A stretch of 51,141 bases of DNA, from NCBI GenBank assembly GCA_022865275.1, contig JALIDQ010000001.1, positions 1-51,141 of the forward strand. The letters are read 5' to 3'. The DNA is from Candidatus Nanohalarchaeota archaeon QJJ-9 (lineage in GTDB: Archaea > Nanohalarchaeota > Nanosalinia > Nanosalinales > Nanoanaerosalinaceae). Each line of letters opens with the position of its first letter. Position 1 is the stretch's first letter. Positions 9,341 through 19,951 of this stretch are shown here, piece by piece. The position numbers and the translations under genes were made by a program. Below the pieces are notes generated by a model. That model had not been told where the DNA came from and made no database searches. It worked only from the letters and a program-made list of their open reading frames with translations.

Positions 9341-9774
9341 TTAGGATGTTTAACTCCAGAAAAGGGCAGTATTCTGTAATAGAGCAGGTGATACTTTTCG
9401 GGTTAGGCATAGCTGTCCTAACCGGATTCCTAACCACTTTCCAGAACTTTGGGGAGGAGGCTAAGCAGGAGGCTATGGACCGCCAGTCTCGACTGTTAGC
9501 GGAACTGGTCAGGATGAATATTGTTCACCTTGAATCGTTGGGAGAGAAGTCCAGTATAAGATTTTCTCTTCCAGAGAAGCTCGCAGGGGAGGGTTATAGG
9601 ATAAACCTTACAGATGACGGTGTAGCGGTCCAGGTCATAGGAACTGGTTCCAACTATCTTAAAGGGTGTGCCGGACTTGAGGATGAATACCGGTTCAATG
9701 GCTCTGTTACCAATATCTATAACAAAGGTGTATTAAAACTGGAGAACAATAAGATTGTTTTAGGGGCGCCATAA
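9337..9774 (+). CDS. Minor pilin-like protein
   Basis: RKG|QYSVIEQVILFGLG. Confidence 0.75.
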   Translation: MIRMFNSRKGQYSVIEQVILFGLGIAVLTGFLTTFQNFGEEAKQEAMDRQSRLLAELVRMNIVHLESLGEKSSIRFSLPEKLAGEGYRINLTDDGVAVQVIGTGSNYLKGCAGLEDEYRFNGSVTNIYNKGVLKLENNKIVLGAP

Positions 9775-11561
9775 TGTCGTTTGATTTTTCCAACCTAGTA
9801 AAGAGAGTAAAGAAAGCAAAGAAGAGGAAGAAGGAGGTGGAGAAAAAGAAGGCTGAGAAGATTGAGATAGAGAGCGGCCCCGCTAAGCTAGAGAGCGATA
9901 TATCACGTGGAAGACCTGCAGAAGATGTTTCAGAGCCTGAAGAGGAAGAAGGCTACCAGGAGACTAAGGAGAAGGTAAGCCTTACACCTACTGTTAAGGG
10001 ACCGGGTGAGTGGATAGAGAAGGATAAGGATGAGGACAAGGTTTCTGATGAGGCTAAAAAGGACATAGATGTGGAATACCCTCTTATTCCTGAGGAACCT
10101 GCTGAAGATGAGAGGTTGATGGCTAAGGCGCATATTTTCTATGATGAATCATCACAGGAGCTTATGTATCATCTATACGAGCCTGAGAGGAATGAGAAGG
10201 TAGAAAAAGCTCTGAAGAGGATAAAGAAGGAGCTTAAGGATAGTATAGACGTTGACTTCGCCCAGCTAAAGAAGGAGGAGGCGAAGAACTATCTCCAGGA
10301 GAAGGTCGAGGACATGCTGGAGCGGCAGAACTTTGGATTAAGCGAGGAGGAACGGGATGTAATCCAGTACTACGCCTACAGGGACTTTGTAGGGCTGGGT
10401 AAGATAGAGCCTCTTATGCACGATACTGAGATAGAGGATATATCATGCGATGGAACAGGCATTCCTATCTATATCTACCATAGAAACCCTAAGATAGGTT
10501 CTGTAAAGAGTAATATAGTGTTTGAAGGAGACGAGAACCTGGACAAGTTTGTAAGAAAGCTTGCACAGAGGTGTGGAAGAAGCATATCTATGGCTGAGCC
10601 TTTGCTTGACGGTTCTCTACCTGATGGCTCACGTGTACAGGCTACTTTGTCCACAGATATAGCTAGGCGTGGGACTAACTTTACTATAAGAAGATTTACA
10701 GAGGAACCTCTTACACCTATTCACCTGATGGATTATGGTTCTATAAGTGCTGATATGCTAGCCTATCTCTGGGTATGTATTGAGAACGGTAAGTCAGTGC
10801 TTATTCCTGGAGCAACCGCTGCAGGTAAAACTACACTCCTCAATGCTCTCAGTCTTTTCATCAGACCTGAGCTGAAGATTGTGTCTATCGAGGACACTCC
10901 TGAGCTAAGACTTCCGCATCCTAACTGGGTTCCGGAGGTTGCAAGAGAAGGTTTCGGGTTTGGAGAGCAGGATACTGGTCAGGTAACGATGGACGATTTG
11001 CTTAAGGAATCCTTGAGACAGCGTCCTGACTATATTATAGTGGGTGAGGTACGAGGAGAGGAAGCTTATATTCTGTTCCAGCAGATGGCTACGGGCCATC
11101 CTGGAATGTCTACTATCCACGCTTCCAGTCTGTCAAAAGTAATGGACCGCCTTACAACTAAGCCTATAGATTTGCCCCCATCTCTTATAAGCAATATAGA
11201 TATGTTGGTATTTACTAAGAGGGTAAAGACACAGGAAACAACTCTAAGGCGTGTAGGCTCGGTTCACGAATTCCGAGAGTATGATAAGGATCAGGACAAG
11301 CCGATAGTAAATAATATATTTCAGTGGGATGCTTCAGAGGACGAATTCGACAATATAAATGATTCATTCCTTATCTCGGAGATTGCGGAGGAACATGGGA
11401 GGGATGTTGAGGATATACAGGAGGAGATAGAGAGGAGGAAGAAGATTCTGAACTGGATGCTTGAGAAGGATATAAAGCATTACGAAGAAGTGGGAAGGAT
11501 AATTTCAACCTACTACCAGAACCCTGACCAGATAGTCAGAAGAGTTAAAGAGGAGATATAG
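9774..11561 (+). CDS. Type IV pilus/type II secretion ATPase (PilB/FlaI/VirB11-like)
   Basis: GATAAGKTT Walker A, SIEDTPE, LRQRPDYIIVGEVRG, TGH..STIHA. Confidence 0.95.
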   Translation: MSFDFSNLVKRVKKAKKRKKEVEKKKAEKIEIESGPAKLESDISRGRPAEDVSEPEEEEGYQETKEKVSLTPTVKGPGEWIEKDKDEDKVSDEAKKDIDVEYPLIPEEPAEDERLMAKAHIFYDESSQELMYHLYEPERNEKVEKALKRIKKELKDSIDVDFAQLKKEEAKNYLQEKVEDMLERQNFGLSEEERDVIQYYAYRDFVGLGKIEPLMHDTEIEDISCDGTGIPIYIYHRNPKIGSVKSNIVFEGDENLDKFVRKLAQRCGRSISMAEPLLDGSLPDGSRVQATLSTDIARRGTNFTIRRFTEEPLTPIHLMDYGSISADMLAYLWVCIENGKSVLIPGATAAGKTTLLNALSLFIRPELKIVSIEDTPELRLPHPNWVPEVAREGFGFGEQDTGQVTMDDLLKESLRQRPDYIIVGEVRGEEAYILFQQMATGHPGMSTIHASSLSKVMDRLTTKPIDLPPSLISNIDMLVFTKRVKTQETTLRRVGSVHEFREYDKDQDKPIVNNIFQWDASEDEFDNINDSFLISEIAEEHGRDVEDIQEEIERRKKILNWMLEKDIKHYEEVGRIISTYYQNPDQIVRRVKEEI

Positions 11562-11566
11562 GTGGT

Positions 11567-12454
11567 TTGATGGGTGAAAAAAGCAGCTACTACCGTTTTG
11601 CGGACAAGTATCTCAACCAGTATTCCTATAATCTTTCTGAATACTTCCGGGATCTTAAAACCGACTTGAAAAAGGCTAATATACCTTATACACTTTCCGA
11701 ATATCTAAGCGGGGCTTTAATGACCTCTATATTAGTATTTATTTTTGTAACACCTACAATATCTGTTCTGGCAGGTTTGATAGCGGGTAACTTTACAGGA
11801 ATGATAGCAGGACTTATTATGGGGCTTTTCATAGGAATATTTCTCAGTGTGGCGACTTTTATGGGATTTTATATCTATCCCCGGATACAGGTCTCGAGGC
11901 GGAGGACTAATATCAACCATAACCTCCCGTTCGCTACAATGTACCTTTCCACTGTTGCGGGCACGGGTACACCGCCTGCAGCCATGTTCAAGCTTCTGGG
12001 CCAGTTCGATGAATATGGGGAGGTTTCGGGAGAAGCGGAAAAAATTGCGAATAACGTCTACAATTTTGGTGCTGATATAAACGAGGCTATAGCATCTGCG
12101 GCAAATAATACTCCATCACCAAAGTTTAAAGAGCTATTATGGGGCATGAACTCTATTCTAAAGACTGGTGGGGATATGAAAAGCTTTTTGAGGAGCAAGA
12201 CGAAGGAGTACATGGCTGACTACCGCAGAGATCTGGACAAGTTTACTGAGACTCTTTCTTTACTTGTAGAGATGTATATTACTCTTGTAATCGTTGGCTC
12301 GGTGTTTGTTATGATTATATCTACGATAATGTCTGCTTTAGGTGGAAGCAATATGATGATACTGGCTATACAGGTTGCTACTGTGGTTTTCTTACTTCCG
12401 TTAGCCGCTATTATGTTTATTGTTATAGTTAAGGGTACTTCACCTCTTGAATAA
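11567..12454 (+). CDS. Type II secretion F family (TadC/PilC-like) membrane platform protein
   Basis: LPFATMYLST...TPSPKFKELL...GGD. Confidence 0.9.
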   Translation: MMGEKSSYYRFADKYLNQYSYNLSEYFRDLKTDLKKANIPYTLSEYLSGALMTSILVFIFVTPTISVLAGLIAGNFTGMIAGLIMGLFIGIFLSVATFMGFYIYPRIQVSRRRTNINHNLPFATMYLSTVAGTGTPPAAMFKLLGQFDEYGEVSGEAEKIANNVYNFGADINEAIASAANNTPSPKFKELLWGMNSILKTGGDMKSFLRSKTKEYMADYRRDLDKFTETLSLLVEMYITLVIVGSVFVMIISTIMSALGGSNMMILAIQVATVVFLLPLAAIMFIVIVKGTSPLE

Positions 12455-12500
12455 CTTTTTAGTATCAGGTATGGGAAGTATAATATGAGGAGAGAATGAG

Positions 12501-13415
12501 ATGGAGTTAGAAGAAGGACTTTCAGGGAAGCAGAAGGTTGAATATCTTTCGCTTGGAGCCGGAGGTATCCTTCAATTCTTTGGAATCTCTGTCTACGTGG
12601 TTTTCAATCCTTCTCTAGGAGCTGCAATATTTATAGCAGGTCTTATAGCTGCTTTTCTACCTTACGGTCTTTATACATACTTTCACGGTAAGAAAATAAG
12701 CAAAGTAGAGCAGGAGTTCCCTAACTTCCTTAAAAACCTTTCAGAGTCCCGTAAATCTGGTATGTCTGTTTCACAGTCTTTTAGAAACGCTGCAAATTCG
12801 GACTACGGTGAGCTAGATTCTTATGTGCGAAAGGCGGCAAATCAGCTTTCCTGGGGTATAACGTTTCCTGAGGTGATGAAAAACTTCCAGAAAAGCCTTA
12901 AGGAGTCTAGTATAGTTGCAAGGTCTATTTCGGTAATACTACAGTCCTACAGGTCGGGTGGAGACGTAGCGGAAACTATGGATTCTATAGCAGAGGATGC
13001 TAACAAGATAAAATCTGCTGAGAAGGAGAGGAAGTCGGTACTGACCCAGCAGGTCTTTATAATCTATGCGATCTACTTCCTGTTTATTGGGATACTTGTA
13101 GCTCTCTACAAGATACTTGTACCGTTGCTTGAAATCGGAGGAGGAGGTTTTATGGGAACCCCTCCAAATTTCTGTAATAGTGTTATAGGCCCTGTATGCA
13201 GTCTCTGCCCTACTTTCTTTGGTACACAGGGGGGAAGCCGTTTGTGCTACTATAAGGCTATCTTCCTTGTTATGATTGTTGTAGAAGGATTTTTCAACGG
13301 TCTTGTAGCGGGAGAAGTGCGTTCAGGGGATATCGCTTCAGGGTTCAAACATATAATGATAATGTTGCCTGTAGGATTCATTTCCTATGTAGGAGCTCTC
13401 CGTATTATGGGGTGA
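12501..13415 (+). CDS. Second type II secretion F family (TadB/C-like) protein
   Basis: EFPNFLKNL...SGM...YGEL...SGGDV; GLVAGE...GFKH. Confidence 0.9.
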   Translation: MELEEGLSGKQKVEYLSLGAGGILQFFGISVYVVFNPSLGAAIFIAGLIAAFLPYGLYTYFHGKKISKVEQEFPNFLKNLSESRKSGMSVSQSFRNAANSDYGELDSYVRKAANQLSWGITFPEVMKNFQKSLKESSIVARSISVILQSYRSGGDVAETMDSIAEDANKIKSAEKERKSVLTQQVFIIYAIYFLFIGILVALYKILVPLLEIGGGGFMGTPPNFCNSVIGPVCSLCPTFFGTQGGSRLCYYKAIFLVMIVVEGFFNGLVAGEVRSGDIASGFKHIMIMLPVGFISYVGALRIMG

Positions 13416-13419
13416 GAAG

Positions 13420-14259
13420 ATGCATAAGGAGGGACAGATTTCTATAGACTATGTAGGGGGAGCTATGATATTCTTTGTTTCGATAGTTTTCGTTGTGCAG
13501 GGTATCGTAGGGACTATCCCTCAGTATTCCAGCATCGCCGAATCTAACCGTGAGGAGATAGCGGCATGGGGCCTATCAACTTCTCTTGTAAGTGATACAG
13601 GGTACTGGTCTGATGTGTACGATGGCACCAACTGGGAGGACAATGTTATCACAGGAAAGGTGAAGCGGATAGGTCTAAAGTCGCCGGAGGGATCTGGGGT
13701 TTCACGTGAGAAGATAAACAAGCTACTTGGTATGGATTATAAGGAGATAAAGAAGCTATTCGAGACAGGGAAGGATTTCAGCATAGAGTTTACAGAATAT
13801 GCGGTTGTAAAGCTTTCAGGAGAGTTTTATAGAGGAGGGGATATAGACGGTATAGAGACCTATAACGGTTTTAAACCTCCCAGTGATGGTTTAGGCGGTG
13901 CGGATAGGTATATGCGGTATGGGACTATATCTATCAATGGATCGGAGAGGTATTTTCTAGCATCCTTTGATGACTCTGATTTCGATGGTCTTTATGTTTC
14001 CGACTCTATAGATTTTTCAAGCTCTGAGAAACTTGAGCAGGGAGAACTTAAGACACTCGACTTTAACGGTAGAAGGTTCAGGTTCGGTTTAGGGAGTTCA
14101 GGCCTTTCTACCAGTAACGGAAAGATTCTGCTGGTGGAGAGGGTGATGGGTAGGATAGGTAGGAGGATCCCGACATCGGAGGAAACCGTTACCCGCGTTA
14201 AAAGATATTCAAACACTCAGAAATCGATTATAATGCTTGATATGAGGGTCTGGAAATGA
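13420..14259 (+). CDS. Pilin-like protein
   Basis: KEG|QISIDYVGGAMIFF. Confidence 0.7.
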   Translation: MHKEGQISIDYVGGAMIFFVSIVFVVQGIVGTIPQYSSIAESNREEIAAWGLSTSLVSDTGYWSDVYDGTNWEDNVITGKVKRIGLKSPEGSGVSREKINKLLGMDYKEIKKLFETGKDFSIEFTEYAVVKLSGEFYRGGDIDGIETYNGFKPPSDGLGGADRYMRYGTISINGSERYFLASFDDSDFDGLYVSDSIDFSSSEKLEQGELKTLDFNGRRFRFGLGSSGLSTSNGKILLVERVMGRIGRRIPTSEETVTRVKRYSNTQKSIIMLDMRVWK

Positions 14260-16418
14260 GGAAGGGTTATCTGCATGCGGTGGAGGGGGTTATAGCCAGC
14301 CTTTTAGCAGTGCTATACCTCGGAACGATTATATCTACCCCTCCCGCCACCGACTGGGAGAAAACCTCTCTCAACAAGCGTTCAGGCGATCTGCTTGGAG
14401 CGATGTCGGAGACAGGTGTTATCGACTATGCGGTACTGGAAGACGATTCTTCTATAGTACGGGGAACAAAGAATGTTCTTGGCTCTAATCTAGAATATTC
14501 TATGCATATCTCAGGCCTTCCGAAAAGGGATATGGAGATTTCTATGATACTGCCGCAGGAGGATGTTACTAGAGCTCCCTCCTTCAACGATTCGTATATA
14601 AACAGTAACTGGGCGGATCTAGGCCTTCCACCGTCAGAAGACGGTGCTGGATACCGTTCCGGAGAGATTATGGGTATAGATTTTGTTGTCTACGATCTTA
14701 TTGAGAACGGTGTAGCTGATTACAATGGGGTTAGCTTTGATATTAACAGAGACGGGGACTTTGGAGACACTGGGATAGACTTTGAGGAAGGTCCTTACCG
14801 TGCCAGGAAAAAGATAGACTGTCGTTCCACCTTCTGCCCTGATACTATAATAGGTTATATCGGTAAATCGCTTACTCTATACAATACCTCGGGAGAGCAG
14901 GAATACGCTCCCGGCCTTTCAGGAGTAGAGATTGGAGGTATTGATGTGGAGACCAGTATTATTCCTGAGGAGATCTACCCTGTTATCAACGTTTCCTCAA
15001 GCGATTTCTCGTATGAAGACGGTTACTGGGTAGCTGACAGGAATATGCAGGGGTTAAATGTAGATTTCAATATATCCGATTCTTCAGGTAATTCTACGCT
15101 CTATATTAATGATTCAGAGCATTTTAGAGGATCTTTTTACTCTGGAGACTCTGTGAGGGTTGCTGGAGGAATCTATTCGATAGAATCAGTTATGCCTCTA
15201 CACTTGAAACCTCAGACCCGGGTGGACTCGGATGTTCTGTTCCTAGAGAGACTGGAACCAGGTTATATAGACAACCATTCCTCTACTATTTACTCCACAC
15301 TGTCCAACGGAGGGACGATTATCGATATGTCTAACTGGACTGAGGAGGATTATCTAGGATCTTGTATGGAAAATCTTGGGATAGGTTGGAGAAACTTTCC
15401 TTACAGCTCTCCTGGAACTGGGTCGAGGTTTTATAGGGGTGAAGACTCTCCCGACTATATAAGGCAGTCTTTCAACAGTATGGGGATCGGATTGAATTCC
15501 AGCCTTTTCGAGGAGCATGGTTCGTATAGTATAGCGAACCTTACGCTTAAAGGCGAGGAGTTTTATGTCAATATAAGTTCCGGCGAGGTCTCTATTAATA
15601 GAACGAAGGAGTTTGATGAATGGTATTCACAGGGAGAAAGGTTGTTCCTTGCTGGCGAGTCTTACAGGATACAGCAGATACAGCCATATCCTTTTGTCCT
15701 GAATACAGGAGATGAATACCGTTTTAAGAATTATCCCGCATCAAACTTTACTGGTGAGACTGTATTAACGGTTGAAAAAGCGGTATGGAATGTTGAAGAG
15801 TCCAGCTACAATGCTACAGGTATGTTTGAATATTCAGGAGATGATTCAACTCTCCCTAACTCTAAATGCGGTAACCGCCGTGTAAATAAAAGCTTTAGCG
15901 TGGGAGAGAACACATTTAATGTTGTATTAACGGATAAAGAGCCTTGTGGAGATTTTGACTATGTCAATTTTGACTTTAACTCTAACGATGCCTACAACGA
16001 CTCCGAGGAGGATACTCCTGCAGGATTCGGTGCGGAAGGGATATACAGGAGGGGAGAAGAGGTGGTTATAGACGGGGAGCCGTATAGGATAGAACTGGGT
16101 AATGAAGTGGACTCTGATCCTTCCGGGGACTGGGTTTACCTTGAGAGAGAGGTGCCTAACCATGTTCCAGCTGCGGTCTGGCATTCTGGTGTGTTTAACG
16201 GTCGAGGAAACCTATTCCAAATGCCTGATGTTAAAATAGGTGATGACGGCATGTCTCTCCTAAAGTCTGTGATAGTCCGCGCGTCAGTTGAGCGTTACAG
16301 GTTTTCGCAGTCAAAGATATCTGGAGGTAACGCTATAGGACTGACCTATGCGGAGGAGCTTGACAACGAAGTCTATCTACCCTATACTATAGAATCTCTA
16401 TGGTGGTACGGTGAATAG
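14256..16418 (+). CDS. Large pilin-like protein
   Basis: RKG|YLHAVEGVIASLL N-terminus; many N-x-S/T sequons. Confidence 0.7.
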   Translation: MRKGYLHAVEGVIASLLAVLYLGTIISTPPATDWEKTSLNKRSGDLLGAMSETGVIDYAVLEDDSSIVRGTKNVLGSNLEYSMHISGLPKRDMEISMILPQEDVTRAPSFNDSYINSNWADLGLPPSEDGAGYRSGEIMGIDFVVYDLIENGVADYNGVSFDINRDGDFGDTGIDFEEGPYRARKKIDCRSTFCPDTIIGYIGKSLTLYNTSGEQEYAPGLSGVEIGGIDVETSIIPEEIYPVINVSSSDFSYEDGYWVADRNMQGLNVDFNISDSSGNSTLYINDSEHFRGSFYSGDSVRVAGGIYSIESVMPLHLKPQTRVDSDVLFLERLEPGYIDNHSSTIYSTLSNGGTIIDMSNWTEEDYLGSCMENLGIGWRNFPYSSPGTGSRFYRGEDSPDYIRQSFNSMGIGLNSSLFEEHGSYSIANLTLKGEEFYVNISSGEVSINRTKEFDEWYSQGERLFLAGESYRIQQIQPYPFVLNTGDEYRFKNYPASNFTGETVLTVEKAVWNVEESSYNATGMFEYSGDDSTLPNSKCGNRRVNKSFSVGENTFNVVLTDKEPCGDFDYVNFDFNSNDAYNDSEEDTPAGFGAEGIYRRGEEVVIDGEPYRIELGNEVDSDPSGDWVYLEREVPNHVPAAVWHSGVFNGRGNLFQMPDVKIGDDGMSLLKSVIVRASVERYRFSQSKISGGNAIGLTYAEELDNEVYLPYTIESLWWYGE

Positions 16419-18687
16419 GAGAAAAGCGCAGTTTTTCATACTTACAGCAGTTTTAGTAGCTGGATCTCTTTCGATTACGATGGAGGCTCTCGATGACTAC
16501 ACACAGATAGGCTACACGGAGATATCGGAGAGCAGTTTCCCTATGCAGGTAAGCTCTATAGCTAATACAATAGAAAAATCCTGGTACAGCGAGTCCTGGA
16601 ATTACAGAAAGACTGTAAAGGTGTTTGAGACGAGTGGTAGAGCTGTAGAAAACTTCCCTGTAAGTTTTGATATAAACAGTTCAGCCCTTATTAGCTCTGA
16701 TGGGCTGAAATCGGACTGTGGAGACCTTAGAGTGGTAGAAGACGGTGAAGAAATTCCTTACCAAATAGAGGAAGGGGAGTGTGATTCGGAAAATACTACT
16801 GTATGGTTCATGGTGTCTCTTGAGCCAGGCGAGTCGAAGGACGTCTATCTTTACTATGGAAACAAGGATATAGAAGAGCCTACTTATGGTACTGACCTCT
16901 ACATGGGCGAGGATGGGTTTGGTAACAGTCAGGTTGATTTCGTTACAGGGAGTTTTGACGGCGGTGAAGGTGTATCTGAGGTGAATGTCCAGGGCGAGGA
17001 TATTACAGGCAACGGTGGAGCGATATATGAGGGTTCTCCTAGTTTTGACGTTGTTGAGAGAGGAGAAGTCTATATGGATGTGGAGCTAGGAGGTGAGACC
17101 TACCGATTGTTCTCGGACAACCAGTTCCTCCGTTGGTTAGGGAGTAAGTCGCTTGATCCTGGATTCGAGTTCTGGTACGGTGAAAACGACGGCTTTTCGC
17201 ATTGGGAGGCTGGGAACGAGAGCAACAGCTTTCCCATAAGCAACTACTGGTCGGGAAGCTTTTCTGAAGGTAGTCTACCCTACCTTGCCGCGTATAACGC
17301 TTCCAGTGGCAACTATCTAGCCGCGGCTACCAGCATCCGACAGTCTAACGTGGATGGTTACGGATTCGAGAACAGGAGTTTAGGCCAGTATATGAACTTT
17401 AGCTCTGAAGACAATGGAGACATACCCTACATCGACTTTCTGGTTGGGAAAAACGGTATAAACCACTTCAGGACTAACTATCATACTGTAACACCTAGAG
17501 TAGAACTCTTGGATGGTTCGGAGGAGTTTGGAAAATTTAACCCTACTGATGGCTGGAATAGTAAGGTTAGAGTTTCTGTAAAGGAACGTAACGGAAGCTA
17601 TCTAGAAGAGTATCCTGTAAACTTAAGTCTTAACCTAGGAAGGATGGATACTAAGAGAGATTGCTCCGATCTGGTGGTTGTGGAGGACGGGGATATAGTT
17701 CCTCACAGATTAGCTAGTCGGTGCGACAGTCTCTCGTTTGAGGAGCCGGACAATTACTTTACCCGCTGGGATATGGATGGAGGAGAGGGCGACCGGGTAC
17801 ATAGTACGGACGGGCTTTTCTACGGCGAACTAACCGGTAGTCCACAGCCTGAATGGGATGTGGGAAGGTTTGGTCTGGGGCTAAGGTTTGACGGGGATAA
17901 CTATGTTGAGGTTCCGGATTCCCACAATATTGACCTTTACGACCTTTCTTATACTCTTTCACTCTGGTTTAGAGGGGATGTGAACGAGTTTGATTACGAT
18001 GGAGGCAAGTCCAAGCTTTTCTATTATCCTGAAGAGTCTCCTGGACTCTCTGTTGTAAATGAGACAGGGTATTATTATCTTCAGGCCTCTTTCAGAAACG
18101 AGACAGGAGATCTATCATCTATCAGGGAGGATATAAGTTCTTACGACTCCTCTGAATGGCACCATGTGTCCTATGTGTACAATAAGACTGGTTCGGAGAT
18201 TTTACTATATATTGACGGGGATCAGAAGGGCTCTCAAGATGTTAAAGGCTCTTTAGAAACAGATTCAGACTCTATAAAAATTGGAGAAGGTTTGAAGGGC
18301 TATATGGATGAGATTAAGCTCTATACTACACCGCTAGAAGCAAGGGAGATAAGAGACCAGTATGTTACAACCTCTATAGTAACCTTCAAGACTAACCTTT
18401 CTGCGGGAGAGGTTGAGAGAGATGTGGCGGTATTTGTAGGCAATAATGCGGGTTTGGATAAAGATTTCTCAGGAGAGTTTCCCGCGCCTAATCCCCTTGA
18501 TTCAGACCATAGACCGGTTGTGGTGTCTAAGAACACCTTGACCTACTCTGAAATGATAGGGAGGATTTCTAGGCATATAGAGGAGACTAGCAGCCTTGCT
18601 TCATTCCTTGATATAAGTGTAGAAGGAGGATGTGCTGTTCTAGATTTTGACGCGGGCAGTATAAAGGTAAACAAGAGAATCTGCTAG
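16411..18687 (+). CDS. Pilin-like adhesin with two DUF2341-like domains and a LamG domain
   Basis: RKA|QFFIL; W.YRK...DCGDLRVV...YLYYGN; LamG-like WHHVSYVY...LYIDG...GYMDEIKLY. Confidence 0.8.
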   Translation: MNRRKAQFFILTAVLVAGSLSITMEALDDYTQIGYTEISESSFPMQVSSIANTIEKSWYSESWNYRKTVKVFETSGRAVENFPVSFDINSSALISSDGLKSDCGDLRVVEDGEEIPYQIEEGECDSENTTVWFMVSLEPGESKDVYLYYGNKDIEEPTYGTDLYMGEDGFGNSQVDFVTGSFDGGEGVSEVNVQGEDITGNGGAIYEGSPSFDVVERGEVYMDVELGGETYRLFSDNQFLRWLGSKSLDPGFEFWYGENDGFSHWEAGNESNSFPISNYWSGSFSEGSLPYLAAYNASSGNYLAAATSIRQSNVDGYGFENRSLGQYMNFSSEDNGDIPYIDFLVGKNGINHFRTNYHTVTPRVELLDGSEEFGKFNPTDGWNSKVRVSVKERNGSYLEEYPVNLSLNLGRMDTKRDCSDLVVVEDGDIVPHRLASRCDSLSFEEPDNYFTRWDMDGGEGDRVHSTDGLFYGELTGSPQPEWDVGRFGLGLRFDGDNYVEVPDSHNIDLYDLSYTLSLWFRGDVNEFDYDGGKSKLFYYPEESPGLSVVNETGYYYLQASFRNETGDLSSIREDISSYDSSEWHHVSYVYNKTGSEILLYIDGDQKGSQDVKGSLETDSDSIKIGEGLKGYMDEIKLYTTPLEAREIRDQYVTTSIVTFKTNLSAGEVERDVAVFVGNNAGLDKDFSGEFPAPNPLDSDHRPVVVSKNTLTYSEMIGRISRHIEETSSLASFLDISVEGGCAVLDFDAGSIKVNKRIC

Positions 18688-19895
18688 AGTTCTTCGATAA
18701 ACTCTACCTCGTCCTCTGTAAGCTCTAGTTCTTCAGCTATACTTTTCTTCCATCCTTCTCTCTGGAAAAGTACCTGGAGGAAGGGTAGTATATCTACTGC
18801 CTTTGAGATAGAGATATGCATGTTTTCTCCTATTTTCTCTCCTATATCCTGCCTTTTCTTCCTCTGGGACTTGCTCTGTCCCATCTTTTTGATCCTTGAA
18901 GGGTAGCTGTAGCGTGTGAATCCTTTGTATTTTTCTTCCTTGCTTAGAGCTACTCCAACGGTCATAAGGCTGTACACGTATTTCAGCAGGGACCAGTTCT
19001 GGCTTTTTCTTATCCTACCGTTGAATAAGTCAGCTTTGGATATTTCCTCCATCGCTCTCGCCACATCTTCCTGCTTCTTGTATTCTTTGGGTATGTTCTC
19101 CCTTATCCACTGGAGTATCTCATCCGGTCCTTCGGAAAGATCTTCTGTCGCGTCTGAGGCGGTTTCCGCGTCCCCGGTCTTGAAGATGATTTTTAGGGCT
19201 TCGAATATATCTTTCTCGGTGTCACGATAGCCTAGCTCTTTTACTTCCTCTCTTGTAACCTTGTCATGCTTTTCTCCAAGGCTTTCGAGATCGTTTATAG
19301 CGGAGCGCATATCTCCGTCTGCATGTCTTGCTATGGACTTTAGAGCGGATTTTTCATATTCTATTCCTTCCTTTTCTGTGATTTCCTTCAGCTTTGCGTT
19401 TACTGAGTTTGTATGGACTTTTCCAAGTTCTACTACTTTGCTCTTCTTTCTTATAGACTGCATCCCGTTCGCGTATGCGTCGTTTGCGGTTAGTATTACG
19501 GGGAACTTTGACTTTTCGATTATACGGTTTATCTCGGACTTTCCTCCTCGATCCTTCGATGACATACCGTCTACTTCGTCTATCAAGATTATTTTGGTCT
19601 TCCCTGTAAGGGAGCGTTGTTTTACGGCCCTCATAACTTTTTCTTTAAGCGCTTTTTTTGTTCGTACGTCCGATGCGTTGGTCTCGTACACCTCGTAACC
19701 TAGCTCGTTCGCTACAACGTACACTAGCGCGGTCTTGCCTGAGCCTGGAGGTCCTGGCATAAGAAGTGATTGCGATTTCCTGTTGTGCCAGTTCTGTACC
19801 CAGTCTTTGACTTCCTCTACTTTCTTTGTGTTTCCCTGATATTCGTCAAGGTTTTCGGGTCTATATTTTTCTACCCATAGTTTGCTCTCTCCCAT
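18684..19895 (-). CDS. rfcL: Replication factor C large subunit
   Basis: WVEKYRP, GPPGSGKT, ETNASDVR, IDEVDG, GDMRSAINDL. Confidence 0.95.
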   Translation of the reverse strand: MGESKLWVEKYRPENLDEYQGNTKKVEEVKDWVQNWHNRKSQSLLMPGPPGSGKTALVYVVANELGYEVYETNASDVRTKKALKEKVMRAVKQRSLTGKTKIILIDEVDGMSSKDRGGKSEINRIIEKSKFPVILTANDAYANGMQSIRKKSKVVELGKVHTNSVNAKLKEITEKEGIEYEKSALKSIARHADGDMRSAINDLESLGEKHDKVTREEVKELGYRDTEKDIFEALKIIFKTGDAETASDATEDLSEGPDEILQWIRENIPKEYKKQEDVARAMEEISKADLFNGRIRKSQNWSLLKYVYSLMTVGVALSKEEKYKGFTRYSYPSRIKKMGQSKSQRKKRQDIGEKIGENMHISISKAVDILPFLQVLFQREGWKKSIAEELELTEDEVEFIEEL

Positions 19896-19951
19896 ACTGC
19901 TAAGCTTTTCTACTCCGAACCTTTTAATTTATCTGTCCCCCTTTTCTTTGT

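Noticed and set aside
8083..13415. Archaellum operon
   Set aside because: No ArlH/F/G-like genes; two TadB/C-like genes and multiple pilins fit an adhesive pilus better.
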